Origin: Antedon mediterranea
Taxonomy: Eukaryota; Animalia; Echinodermata
NCBI RefSeq assembly: GCF_964355755.1
Contig: NC_092670.1
Location: forward strand, 3,276,201 to 3,340,200
DNA length: 64,000 nucleotides
Reading direction: 5' to 3'
The translations under genes and the position numbers were made by a program. Shown here one piece after another: positions 39,496 to 50,227 of the stretch. The number at the start of each line of letters is the position of its first letter. Within the stretch, counting starts at the first letter, position 1. The notes beneath the pieces were generated by a model. It searched no databases and was not told the origin of the DNA. It worked only from the letters and a program-made list of their open reading frames with translations.

Positions 39496-39738
39496 TGCGA
39501 AGTGTTGTGTTCAGTGTCAAAAATACATCGCCACACTATTTACACCAAAGATCGTATAGCGCCACGTGGCGCTATAGTATCTTTGATTTACACCGTTGGG
39601 AACTTTTGCCAGGCCAGACGCGCGTTTCGATCATGTCCACATCGACCTTGTTGATCCGCTTTCACCGTCTGATGGCAACAGCTACCTATTGACATGTATT
39701 GACCGTTTTAAGAGATGGGCAGAAGCCATACCTTTTCC
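39496..39738 (+). pseudogene. Gypsy integrase fragment 1
   Basis: CVQCQK then RFDHVHIDLVDPLSPSDGNSYLLTCIDRFKRWAEAIP. Confidence 0.85.
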
Positions 39739-39819
39739 GGGTGTGTAGAAAGCGACGACCTCGAATTGGACGACCCCAACGACCCGGGCGACCTCGAATT
39801 GAACGACCCATAACACGAA

Positions 39820-40206
39820 GGATTACGGTCGAAGCGGCCGCCAACCAAAGCGGCCGCTAGTTCAATATGATATATGATATCAATATGATGCAAACGTAAA
39901 TTATTAATGATTCGATAATATATAATGTAAATATATTTTTAGTTAGTTATTAATATTAAAATACAAATAAAATTTACATTGATTTATCCGCAGGCAAACT
40001 TAATTATTATAGAAATATAAAGATTTGATAGTACATGATTTGGCTTATATTTATTGGTTTGACCATACACACAGCTGTAACTCAACTCGCCATAGGCCAT
40101 GGCGTTGACAACGACAATCAAAGATTAAAGCGCACATGGCGTTCCATACAAATGACGATATTAAACTGGCGGCCGCTTTGGTTGGCGGCCGCTTCGACCA
40201 TACTCC
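39820..40206. mobile_element. Small MITE with GG..CC termini and 8-bp TSD (Merlin-like)
   Basis: TIR ggattacggtcgaagcggccgccaaccaaagcggccgc; TSD aacacgaa at 39812-39819 and 40207-40214. Confidence 0.78.
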
Positions 40207-40568
40207 AACACGAAACCGACGACCCCTATAGCCTAGCCTAGCCTAGGCCTAAGTGTGGCATAACATCCCGAAGCCGAACATAGCCAAAGATCTTTAAACT
40301 ATACCTTATTATATAATACTCGCAAGCAAGCAATTGATTGAAAAAATACAGAAATATCGCCATTTGATACTGATTGTGTCGACACGAACAAACGAAAAGA
40401 TATGGAACGCCAAGAGTGCATCATTAAAACTGCATTCGACATATTAAAAATAAATTAAAAAGAAATAAATATTATACAATACATGGTTAAACCATGGACG
40501 TATAATTACATCTCGTCTTCTTATAACGAACACTATAGGCCTACCAAGCAGCGTAACATGTGCATGGG

Positions 40569-41365
40569 GGAATATGACCGGTTGGGCCGCCGACAAGTTG
40601 AGCCGCCGGTAATTTCTATGAAACGGCCAGTGCGTCTTTTACGACATTTCGCGTAGTGATAGAGCGGTGTCCTAGTAGGCCCTACATAAGTTCATGGTCT
40701 TTAGGTTTATTGTGTCATGAAAATAAATAATAATTACATACTACAATTTTGTTGGTTTGAAACAGCAAAGGAAAGTAGTCATATTTAATAATTTAATTGT
40801 TTTTAATCTTTCAAGGTAAAAATGCAGTGCACTCCATAATATTTTTCTCGCGTGTATGCCTTCTACCACGTAAAATCACGTTGTCTCTCAGGACTAATAG
40901 AGTATTGATATTCTTCGAATGAGGTTAAATAATTATTATTTTTTATTTACTATCTTTTAATATCATATTTTATTGAATTTTACAATGTTAATACACAAAA
41001 TATTTTACTAAAAAACGGTGATTTTATGCAATTATTTTACTTCAACTGCCGCCTGAGGGGGCAACATGTTTACGTCATTTTTGGCTTAAAACGATCATTT
41101 TCAGTCATGTTTTAGGCCTTATATTTTGGAATCTACAAGTCAGATATTCATAATTATTTCTCTTTAATTATAATATTTAATAATATATACTAAAAACCGT
41201 GATATATAAACTTTGGAATATACATCGTTATATCTAATAAGTAATATAAATAGAACTTCTATTAAATAGAAACGAGCACCGGCGAAAGTAAGCATTTGGC
41301 GTTTCATAGAAAATAACGTTTCTGGCGGCGCCTCAACTTGTCGGCGGCTCAACTTGGCCTAATCC
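40569..41365. mobile_element. Merlin-like MITE, copy 2
   Basis: Near-identical to 19369-20192; TSD tgcatggg at 40561-40568 and 41366-41373. Confidence 0.8.
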
Positions 41366-41915
41366 TGCATGGGGAGGGCCATAAGAAAGCTTTACATTTC
41401 ACACATGCATTGTATACGGTCAAACCATGGAGGTATAAAAATATGTTTATACCTCCATGGTCAAACCATGGAGCTGGTCAAACCATGGATATACCTCCAT
41501 GGTCAAACCTTACCTGCCGCTGAAAAAGGGGCCTGGTTTGCCATGTTTATGATATTTCGTGTGCTAATCGAGTCGAATACAGTTTTAATGATGCACTCTT
41601 GGCGTTCCATATCTGTTCGTTTGTTCGTGTCGACACATTCAGTATCAAATGGCGATATTTCTGTATTTTTTCAATCAATTGCTTGCTTGCGAGCTTGCGA
41701 GTATTATATAAGGTATGGTTTAAAGATCTTTGGTTATGTTCGGCTTCGGGATGTTATACCATACTTAGGCCTAGGCTAGGCTAGGCTATTATATAGGGGT
41801 CGTCGGTTTCGTGTTATGGGGGTCGTCCAATTCTAGGTCGTCCAATTCGAGGTCGCCCGGGTTGTTGGGGTCGTCCAATTCGAGGTCGTCGCTTTCTACA
41901 CACCCTACCTTTTCC

Positions 41916-42103
41916 CGATATTTCGGCAGCAACCGTCGCTAAAGCTTTCGTTTGTAAATGGATGTCCATGTTTGAGGCACCATCGACCATTACTACCGAT
42001 CGTGGCAGCCAGTTTGAATCATCGCTGTTTAATGCGCTAGTGAATTTACTGGATACGAAACGCATACACACTACATCATACCACCCAATAGCCAATGGAT
42101 TAG
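41916..42103 (+). pseudogene. Gypsy integrase fragment 2 (catalytic core, truncated)
   Basis: DISAATVAKAFVCKWMSMFEAPSTITTDRGSQFES..TTSYHPIANGL continues directly from fragment 1. Confidence 0.85.
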
Positions 42104-42561
42104 CCTAGGATACTTCCAGCTCTCGACATCGTTTGACTGCTACAATACTCCATTACCGTATTCTAAATAGGGTAAGTAAAGACCGAATTACTTATTCCCT
42201 AAAAAACACAGGTTCTCGTTAGATTACCAGAAGTAAAGCAATTGGTTGGGATGGGCCTGGTTGCGTTTGGAAATACCGTCTGGAAATATGGCGCCGGATG
42301 CTGTTATAGACCAGTGGTGGAATGATGGGAATCGATAGCTAGGATAGGTATGAGTTTGACCATATCTGTACCATGCTGATTGTTGTGTCATTAGGCAAGA
42401 TACTTTACTCTCAATGCCTTGTTCTAATCTAATTCTCAGTTACGCTTGGGATGATAATAACTAGGCATACTACCTTTAATGTGGATGTTTTACACATATA
42501 TGCTATTATTATAATCTTCTAATTAATTATTTGTTTGCTATAATTCGTTCCTGTTACATAC

Positions 42562-43071
42562 CTTGTGTCAGGCATCTTATCGTTGATGCCAGTCCAATTT
42601 TGTTAAGAATGTTAATAAACTCTTCTTGTCTTTCTTCACAAAGTATTTGTCTTTGTTCCAAGTCTATAATCATACTCCAAGAGTCTTCATAATTCTTTAA
42701 AGGATTGTTGTAGAGTGCATCAATTTTCTTAACAGCAGCCTTTCGTAGTTGGTTTCCAAAATCTGCAATCCAGTGTCGATATGGGGTGAAATTTATAATT
42801 TGTATTTCTTGAACTTCAAAGAAAGATTGTTGGAAAACTTTGATAGCTCCAAACGTTTGGGTTAATTTTATCGTTTCATAAAGTAACTCCAGATTGCCTG
42901 GGGATAAACGTCCTGTTTTCCTCAATGCATTCAGTAGATCTATCGTTGTGTTGGCTTTGTCTCTGTCTGCTACTGAAATTAAATCGTGGTATAAAACCTT
43001 CAGCTGTCTGACGAGGTTGTTTTTATCATACCATTTAGAAAAGTTCATCAAGTCCACATTAAAATCTATTT
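42562..43071 (-). CDS. Exon encoding the first tandem DED-like module, 170 codons
   Basis: tatttttag acceptor and G/gtatgt donor, phase 1-1. LKVLYHDLI..DLLNALRKTGRLSPGNLELLYE then FTPYRHWIADFGNQL..MIIDLEQRQIL matches the DED1/DED2 pattern of caspase-8-type prodomains by eye. Confidence 0.78.
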
Positions 43072-43167
43072 CTAAAAATATAAAAAGTGGGAAAGAGAGA
43101 AGATTTGAGAAAACATTTTAAAAATTGTCAACGATGCAATACGAAAACACCATTTATTGTTTGTTAC

Positions 43168-43370
43168 CTGCCATGATATCAATTCAGTTTTCTATCTTCA
43201 TTTCTTAAAAGCAAAACTGTTGTTTTACAATAAATGCTGTCAAACCATGCCAGTGTGCTTTTCAGACTACCTCTCCTTTTAAGTTACGTATTATGTTCCT
43301 CTACTTCTGCCTTAAAAAGTTCCCTCTGCTAATCAACAGTTAAAATATTCATTTTCTTCTCAATGGTTAG
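43168..43370 (-). CDS. 5' UTR exon ending in the start codon (ATG GCA G; coding 43168-43174)
   Basis: ccttaacag acceptor; ATC ATG G Kozak context; in-frame TGA a few codons upstream; CAG/gtaac donor, phase 1, in frame with the next exon (MAEIDFNVDLM). Confidence 0.7.
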
Positions 43371-44199
43371 CTGTTAAGGACAAAATAAATAATTAAGTTC
43401 TCAACAACTAAGTGAACAACAAGGTGAATTAAAAGTATATCTGATAACATAGGCGTTTGCGCTGATCAGAGCATGTAACAATGGTATAATGGACAAAGGT
43501 TAAGTTTATGGTGTATGGCATGATGTATAATCACTAGATAAATACACTTTTAACTTGTATGTGTTTACTTCCATGCTATAGTCACATAGTCAGAGCTATG
43601 GAATTCTCTACCAAATAACATAAAATCAGAACTCCATAATATTTCTTTGGCAACTTTTAAATCTTCACTATAGAAAACATATATGTATTAACCTTTTTGC
43701 CTTCACAATTGTAAATAGTTTCTTTTTGTTTTTTTTTAATTTTAATATCTTATTTTTGTTATAAATATGTTTACTGAACCACTTTGGAATTCAGTACAAT
43801 TGTATTGAAAGTGTATTTCAGTTTAAAGAAAGAACAAAAAAATAAATAAATAATTTAAGAGCAGTTGTCTATAAATATCGACGGTGGCCAAGTAAAAAAA
43901 AATAGATTTTCTTTAAAATTTGCGCAATGAAAGAGGTTTGGTTGAAACATGCACGCACAGATAAAATTATTTTTGATATCTGTATCTTGTTGCCATAGTA
44001 AGGGCCATTTTAAAAATTACAGCATTTTCTTGTAATTTTTCCTATTATTTCACTGTCAAATATGGTAAACGTTGATTTCAATAACTCTTACACGGATTGT
44101 TGAAATTTAATTTAATTTTCAATAAAAGATGATGAAAGGCAAAAATTGTTGGTTGGGCATGGGAATGGACCGTAGCATTTATTTTCAATAGGGGTGTTT

Positions 44200-45450
44200 T
44201 TACTTGTGGTAAAAAACAACGTCTATGGTCACACTTGAATTGCGTTGTTCTTGATTATATATATTCTATGGACCTTGTGTGAGTGGATAAAAGGCAAACA
44301 AACTTTCGGGAATACATTTTTGTTATACTGATGTTTATAATTGTACTTTTGCTTAATGCTAAAAAATATTGTTGACCCCCGAGGACGATCAAACATTGAT
44401 AGAAACGTCGAACTCAACAGTTCTTTTCAGAATGCTAGAAGTTACTTCTACCGTATTTATCCAAATAAACGCACCGGGCATTTATTGTTCAGAGGGTTTT
44501 TAGGTGAAGGGGTGTTTATTCTGTGGAGGTGTTAATTGTTGGTGTGTGTAATATGGTAACATGTATAATCAAATAAATACACTCTAGGTATAAAAAAAAT
44601 ACAACACAATTAATATCATAATGAGAATAACTGGATTAAGCCTCATTCTATCCGGGTGCAAGTACAATCATGATATTGAAAAGGTACAGTATCAGAGACA
44701 ACTACACCAATTCATTGTCATCATTCCGTATGACACTGTTGCATAATATTTTTGAATGTCTGTTCCCAGTGTACATAATAAAACAATATATCGTAACAAA
44801 TTTTTTTTCTACAATATAAAAATTCCCCTGTCCGTGTAGTGCTTGTGGAACATCAGCGTACTGTAGCTGTACCACTTTGTGCAGGATGTCAACAAGTTCG
44901 GGTAGTTTTTTTGGTTGCCAATTAATTGCCAATTTCAATGTGATTAATACTTTCACAATTATTGTTTGTCCATTTTTTTTGGAATTACCGTTTCTTTGCG
45001 GCGGGGAGAGAACACTTTTTCTTTTATAGTGGGTAGAAGTGTATTTCTAAAATGGTTTAAGAAACCAGGTGCTAATTGGTTTAAGTAGATTTCTATATCA
45101 AGGGCTTTCCTCTGTCACTTTCGGTATTGATAATTATCCGCAAATCATATTCACTATCCTGTTTCGTTGTTCTTTGCTAACCCCTTCTTTGTCCCTCAGG
45201 AATTGTATGATGTTTTCTTTTATATGCCGTGTGCATGATACATGATGGGACGAAGGAAAACAAAATTTTATTGCCTTTACCAGTGCTTTCCCTTGGTCAG
45301 AACCAATAATTTGTCATCGGCCAGATGCACTTCAGACTCTAAATCCCTTGCATTTAAATTCCCTTTTAGATGCACAAAGAAATCTAGAAAGGTCTCATAT
45401 AACCCATCCCAGTGCAAGAACATAGGCCCAATAAATATCGGGTGTTGCTT
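44200..45450 (-). pseudogene. Decayed MULE-like transposase fragment and adjacent element sequence
   Basis: Broken frames IGPMFLHWDGLYETFLDFFVHLK, WTNNNCESINH and KLPELVDILHKVVQLQYADVPQALHGQGNF in 44790-45445. 44330-44780 is homologous to 14150-14600. Confidence 0.55.
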
Positions 45451-46076
45451 TGTATATTATTATTAATAAGGTACTATTATATTATAATAATAAAATAATA
45501 AGAAATAATTTAAGCAACTATGATTTATTTAAAAATAATCCAAACTTAAACTCCATAACTCTATACCTTTACATTTGTTTTGTATTAAATTTTATCACAT
45601 CTATGAATTAAACTCAATCGAGGCAACCTAAATATGTTATCATTTTCATTCGGGAACACATAATAACTTAAAAGATTTGGTTACCCCAATATTATTTTAG
45701 GCAATAAAACTTTTATAAATATCGCTAAATTAATTTTGAAAATGAGAGACGCCCAGTTTCACTCCATTTTGTTTACTGTTAGACTATTAAAAGCGAGGAG
45801 GTGCGTGATTAAATGGGAAATCTCATTAGCCGCCGTAAATGGCAACTTATAGTAGTTACGTATAAAACGAACTGACAAGGGTCTATATAAAGCAGCTTTC
45901 CGCTAACTTCGCAGCCCAAAACTTTTGACTGACCTCTCTTTTCTTTATTCCACCCGTAGTATATATATTATAATTAAGTATCATATTTTGTAATTAGATG
46001 TTTTGCCCTACTCTGACGTAATTTGTACTTTATACTAAGTAGATTTAAGAATACTTGCGAAAAAATTTGCAAGTAG

Positions 46077-46147
46077 TTCTCGGGTGGGACTCAAACCCAC
46101 GACCTCCAGATCACTAGCCTGGCATTCAGACCTCTAGACCACCGAGC
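46077..46147 (-). tRNA. tRNA-Thr(AGT)-like sequence, probably a repeat-associated pseudo-tRNA
   Basis: GCTCGGTGGTCTAGAGG..CCAGG-CT-AGT-GA-TCTGG-AGGTC-GTGGG-TTTGAGT-CCCAC-CCGAGA folds as a cloverleaf, but the T-loop is TTTGAGT and the acceptor stem is imperfect. Flank and 3' end are repeated at 46248-46310. Confidence 0.5.
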
Positions 46148-48994
46148 TTGCGCTGATGGCTAGTGGTTAGATTTGAGCCCAAGTAAGCAGCGGGTACTGC
46201 ACCAACAGGATTGTAATTGTAGTTTTTGCGTCAGGGAGTTGAGTATTTAGATGTTTTGCCCTACTCTGACGTAAGTGTAGTAAGTAAGTAGTTCTCGGGT
46301 GGGACTCGAATACCTCAAATAGTACAGATCGTATTATCGGCTTCACGTACTAGGCTAGACCTAGCCTAAATCATTTTTTTTCATGGGTGAGAGCCATTCT
46401 GACTAGTGATTCAATGCCACGATGGCTACGTTAAAACAATGGGGCCCATCATGGGCCTAGCTAGCCTACTACTAAACGATTGGCCCATAAATAACAAAGA
46501 TTCCAAACCCATCTTATCAACCAAACTCCTAAACAATCTAAACCTAAAACGTTCTACAAAATCGGCTGTAAGTATTGAGGCAAAACAAGGTCCGATCGCT
46601 GTCCGCACGTATGGTGTCCCGATCGTCTAAGTAGGCCTAAAATAGGGTTCTAGGACACCTACCCCCTAGACAGTTACCCCCTAGACAGTTATCCCCCGGA
46701 TGTTTACCACCCGGACAACTACCCCCCGGACAACAACTCCCCGGACAACTACCCCCTTAGGACAACTACCCCCTTAGGATAACAACCCCCGGACGCGATA
46801 TTTCTTTTCGTACATAAGTTGAGGACCCCTCGTGAAACGTCACAAAATAAACATGAATATTCATTAGTTATATCCATAAGGTGTGACGTAAGAATCGAGC
46901 TAACTACAATTCGCTAATGTAAACGATTTCTGTCGAGCCGTCTGTGTAGTCGAGTGAATAACACTATGGACTTTACGTGTCGATGTATGGGGTTCGACTC
47001 CCATGAGAAGTAAAAACCTGACTGTTTAAATTATTTCAACCAATCATTGTCAACATTTTCATAGTTATCACATGTGATTATGATTAAATGCTTTAATTCA
47101 TAGTTGTTAAATATTTGTTTTTGTTTCATTTTCAGAGAGACTAGGGATAACGCGATGCAAATAAAGTAAATAACTATGAAAATGTGACTTTTTAAAAAGG
47201 CTAAACATTGCCGAAAATGATCATTTTTTTGCCAGTGAACAATGTCACCAAAATTACACCCTCTGTTGGTGAATGCATGAATTACGAATATTTTCAAAAT
47301 AATAATTGCATATAATTATGTGTATAATAATAATAATAATCATCATGTATGATTAAAATATAAAACAAACCTGTTGGAATTTACCTACTCCCTCATCATG
47401 GACATCTTTAAACACTGTGTGCCATGGTTTGTAATAACAACCACTAATAGCTCATTTAATTAAGTATTTAAATATACGCCGTGGTTAGGATTCCGGCACC
47501 GGAACCCAACTGCCCAGCGTTAGGGAATCCGACACGCTATTGCGCATGCCCAGAGCGAGGTAATCGGCGACTATATACTATACCAATTCTTTGACTATAC
47601 AGCGATGGATCATTTCATAGCTGCGCCACACGGCGAACTAGCCTAGATGCCTACTAATGCGGGATCCACTAATCTAGGCTAGGGCTACCAGTTAGACGTG
47701 ACCAGTGGGCCTATTTATTTTGTAATTAAAAAGTGGTTGCTTCATTCATATATAAACTTCATATCATTATGAATTATATAATTACATGACTAGTTTTATG
47801 ATTTTTCATAACGCATTTAATATACTGTACATAACATGCAATCACAAGTTGATTTGTTGACGGCAGCCACCGCGTGGATGTGAAAAAACTGTTCGGGAAT
47901 TCGGGGTCGCAACGTTAAAAACAGCATTACGATTCTTAAGCCCCTTTCTCACAGAGTTGTGTGCCAGGAATATTGCGGGAATATACCATTACCATGCCGG
48001 TATGGTTTTCTGTGAGAACGGGTCGTCTTGGCATCATGCCGGCACCATGCCGGCATCGACATGACCTGCTTTAGACCTAGTAATATTCTAGGGATATTCC
48101 CCGCAATGCCAGACGGGCATTCTGTGAGAACGTATCGCCGTTATATTCCGGGGTTCCCCGTCGAGGCTTTGACACATTGCGCGGTCAAGGGTATCACTTT
48201 GGCGCCTATTCAATTCAATTAACAATAATAATGTCGAACTGGAGGGATAATGAGATAAGAGAGCTGCTTAAAATAAGGGGACAAGAAGAAATTTGTAGCA
48301 TAATCTATAGGCCGCTAGGCTATGATTTAGCTCTTTGTTTGTTGGTGCCTGACCTTTCGTCGCCTTGTAAATTGTAGGCCTACAGCCTTCTAAGGTGTTT
48401 TACAGATTGCCGATGACGACAAATTAATTGCTATACCTGTATAATATATGCACAATATACTGTACATAGCATGTATTGCATAAATATGCTATAAAGGAAG
48501 ATAATAATCTGTAACTTGACACATTCGCCGCCATATCATCGCAAAAATAATAACATTAACATTAAAGGACGCCCTCAATAATTATTTTGTCAGAGACTTT
48601 TTATTGGCCGAATATGCCCGACTCCTTTCTCACAGAAAGCCGGTATATACCGTTGGGAAGTTGGGAAATCAACGTTGCATGTGTCCTCTATAATGTCTAC
48701 TAAGAAACTCAACTATTTTATGTTATTAACTACATTAAAATGATCTGAATGTTGGATGTATCAAAAACTGCAAGTGCAAGTGTTAATATAAGGTACTTTT
48801 GTAATTTTTTCAAGTAAATTTAAATCGATTTTTGTAGCCTCAAAGGCTAGGCCAGTGGTTAAAATAGAAGCCAACTTGGAAGGAGAGTACTGAGGTTAAA
48901 AGCCAAGCCAAACAACCCTATTGTCCTTACCAGCGTCAAGCTACAATTGATTACATAATACTTCCTGTACTGAAGCCAAGCTTGACAATATACT

Positions 48995-50194
48995 ATGGCG
49001 AGTTCACCAACTCGATCCCCAGCTTCACAGAACACAACAATCACAAATAAACCTGTAACCTGTACCAAAAATTGTACTATAAAAACTTACAAAGGAAAAC
49101 CAATTGAGTGCTCGTTATGCCAGGGTGCTTATCATCCACAATGTGTTGGATTAACTGGAGCTGGCAAGCGAACTTGGTTCTGCAATGACTGTAAATGTAT
49201 GGCAATAGACTATAGTTCGATAAAACAAACAGTTCAAGCCTTAAGAACTGATATTGACAACTTTAATCTAGTAAAAGAAGAAGTAGTTTCTTTAAAGTCA
49301 ACAATGAACGAAATGTCTGATACAATTAGTGATATGCGAAATCAACTTTCATCAATGAATGAGGAAAACAAACATCTGAAAAACGAACTTTCAATGCTTC
49401 GCAAATCAGATCTAAACAAACGAGAGAAACCAACAGGTACTTCAAATATTAGTGACCATGGCGCAAACGAAAGCCAAGACACAAAACGCACACTTCTCAT
49501 AGGAGACTCGATCATCAAACATATAAATGAACGTGGACTTGCTAATACGACAGTTAAATGTATGCCAGGCGCAAAAATAAAAGATATTAATACATCGATA
49601 ATGGAAGCCGGCCCTGAACATTTTGAGGCAATCATTGTACATGGCGGAACTAATGATTGTTCATCTGATGATGCTCATCTACTACAGGCTATAGACGAGT
49701 TCCATAAGTTAATAGAAGACGTCAAAGTAAAGGCTCCTGAAACAAAGCTAATACTATCTACTGTATGCCCACGTGCTGATGAAGAAATATTCCAGCAGAG
49801 AGTTGATCGATTGAATGTTAACATAAAAGAAATGGCAAAGGAAATGGATTGTGTGGTGTCTGACAATGACTTATCTTTTAAACTGTCAAATAATAAATGC
49901 GAAACATCTACTTTAAACAGAAGTAAACTACATCTAAGTACTCAGGGAACCAAGCGTCTTATCAATAACATCAATGACGTTCACCAAATAATTAAAATCA
50001 GGAAAACTCATCAAAGTAAGAAGGAATTTCATCCCCGTTTACACCAATCACAAACAAAGAAAACAACAAGATGTTACTATTGCGGAGAAACGAATCACGT
50101 AATGAAGGACTGTAAGCATGGACAGCCAATCAGATGCAGATGCTGCAAGCAACAAGGCCACAAGGAGAATCATAACGTATGTAGACAATATTAG
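48995..50194 (+). CDS. LINE ORF1: PHD finger, coiled coil, SGNH esterase, two CCHC knuckles
   Basis: CSLC..YHPQC..WFCNDC (PHD); LIGDS, HGGTND, LHLS (SGNH); CYYCGETNHVMKDC and CRCCKQQGH..C. Confidence 0.88.
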   Translation: MASSPTRSPASQNTTITNKPVTCTKNCTIKTYKGKPIECSLCQGAYHPQCVGLTGAGKRTWFCNDCKCMAIDYSSIKQTVQALRTDIDNFNLVKEEVVSLKSTMNEMSDTISDMRNQLSSMNEENKHLKNELSMLRKSDLNKREKPTGTSNISDHGANESQDTKRTLLIGDSIIKHINERGLANTTVKCMPGAKIKDINTSIMEAGPEHFEAIIVHGGTNDCSSDDAHLLQAIDEFHKLIEDVKVKAPETKLILSTVCPRADEEIFQQRVDRLNVNIKEMAKEMDCVVSDNDLSFKLSNNKCETSTLNRSKLHLSTQGTKRLINNINDVHQIIKIRKTHQSKKEFHPRLHQSQTKKTTRCYYCGETNHVMKDCKHGQPIRCRCCKQQGHKENHNVCRQY

Positions 50195-50227
50195 GAATTT
50201 GGCAAAGAAGATGATGCCGTACCCACC

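Larger units (their letters stand above)
39739..41905. mobile_element. Mutator-like non-autonomous element with long TIRs, splitting the Gypsy integrase
   Basis: TIR gggtgtgtagaaagcgacgacctcgaattggacg; 10-bp TSD taccttttcc at 39729-39738 and 41906-41915. Hosts two further MITEs. Confidence 0.82.

Noticed and set aside
47384-47443. Possible upstream non-coding exons of the minus-strand gene (also about 55227-55282)
   Set aside because: Plausible AG/GT pairs, but no frame constraint to test them; not supportable without transcripts.
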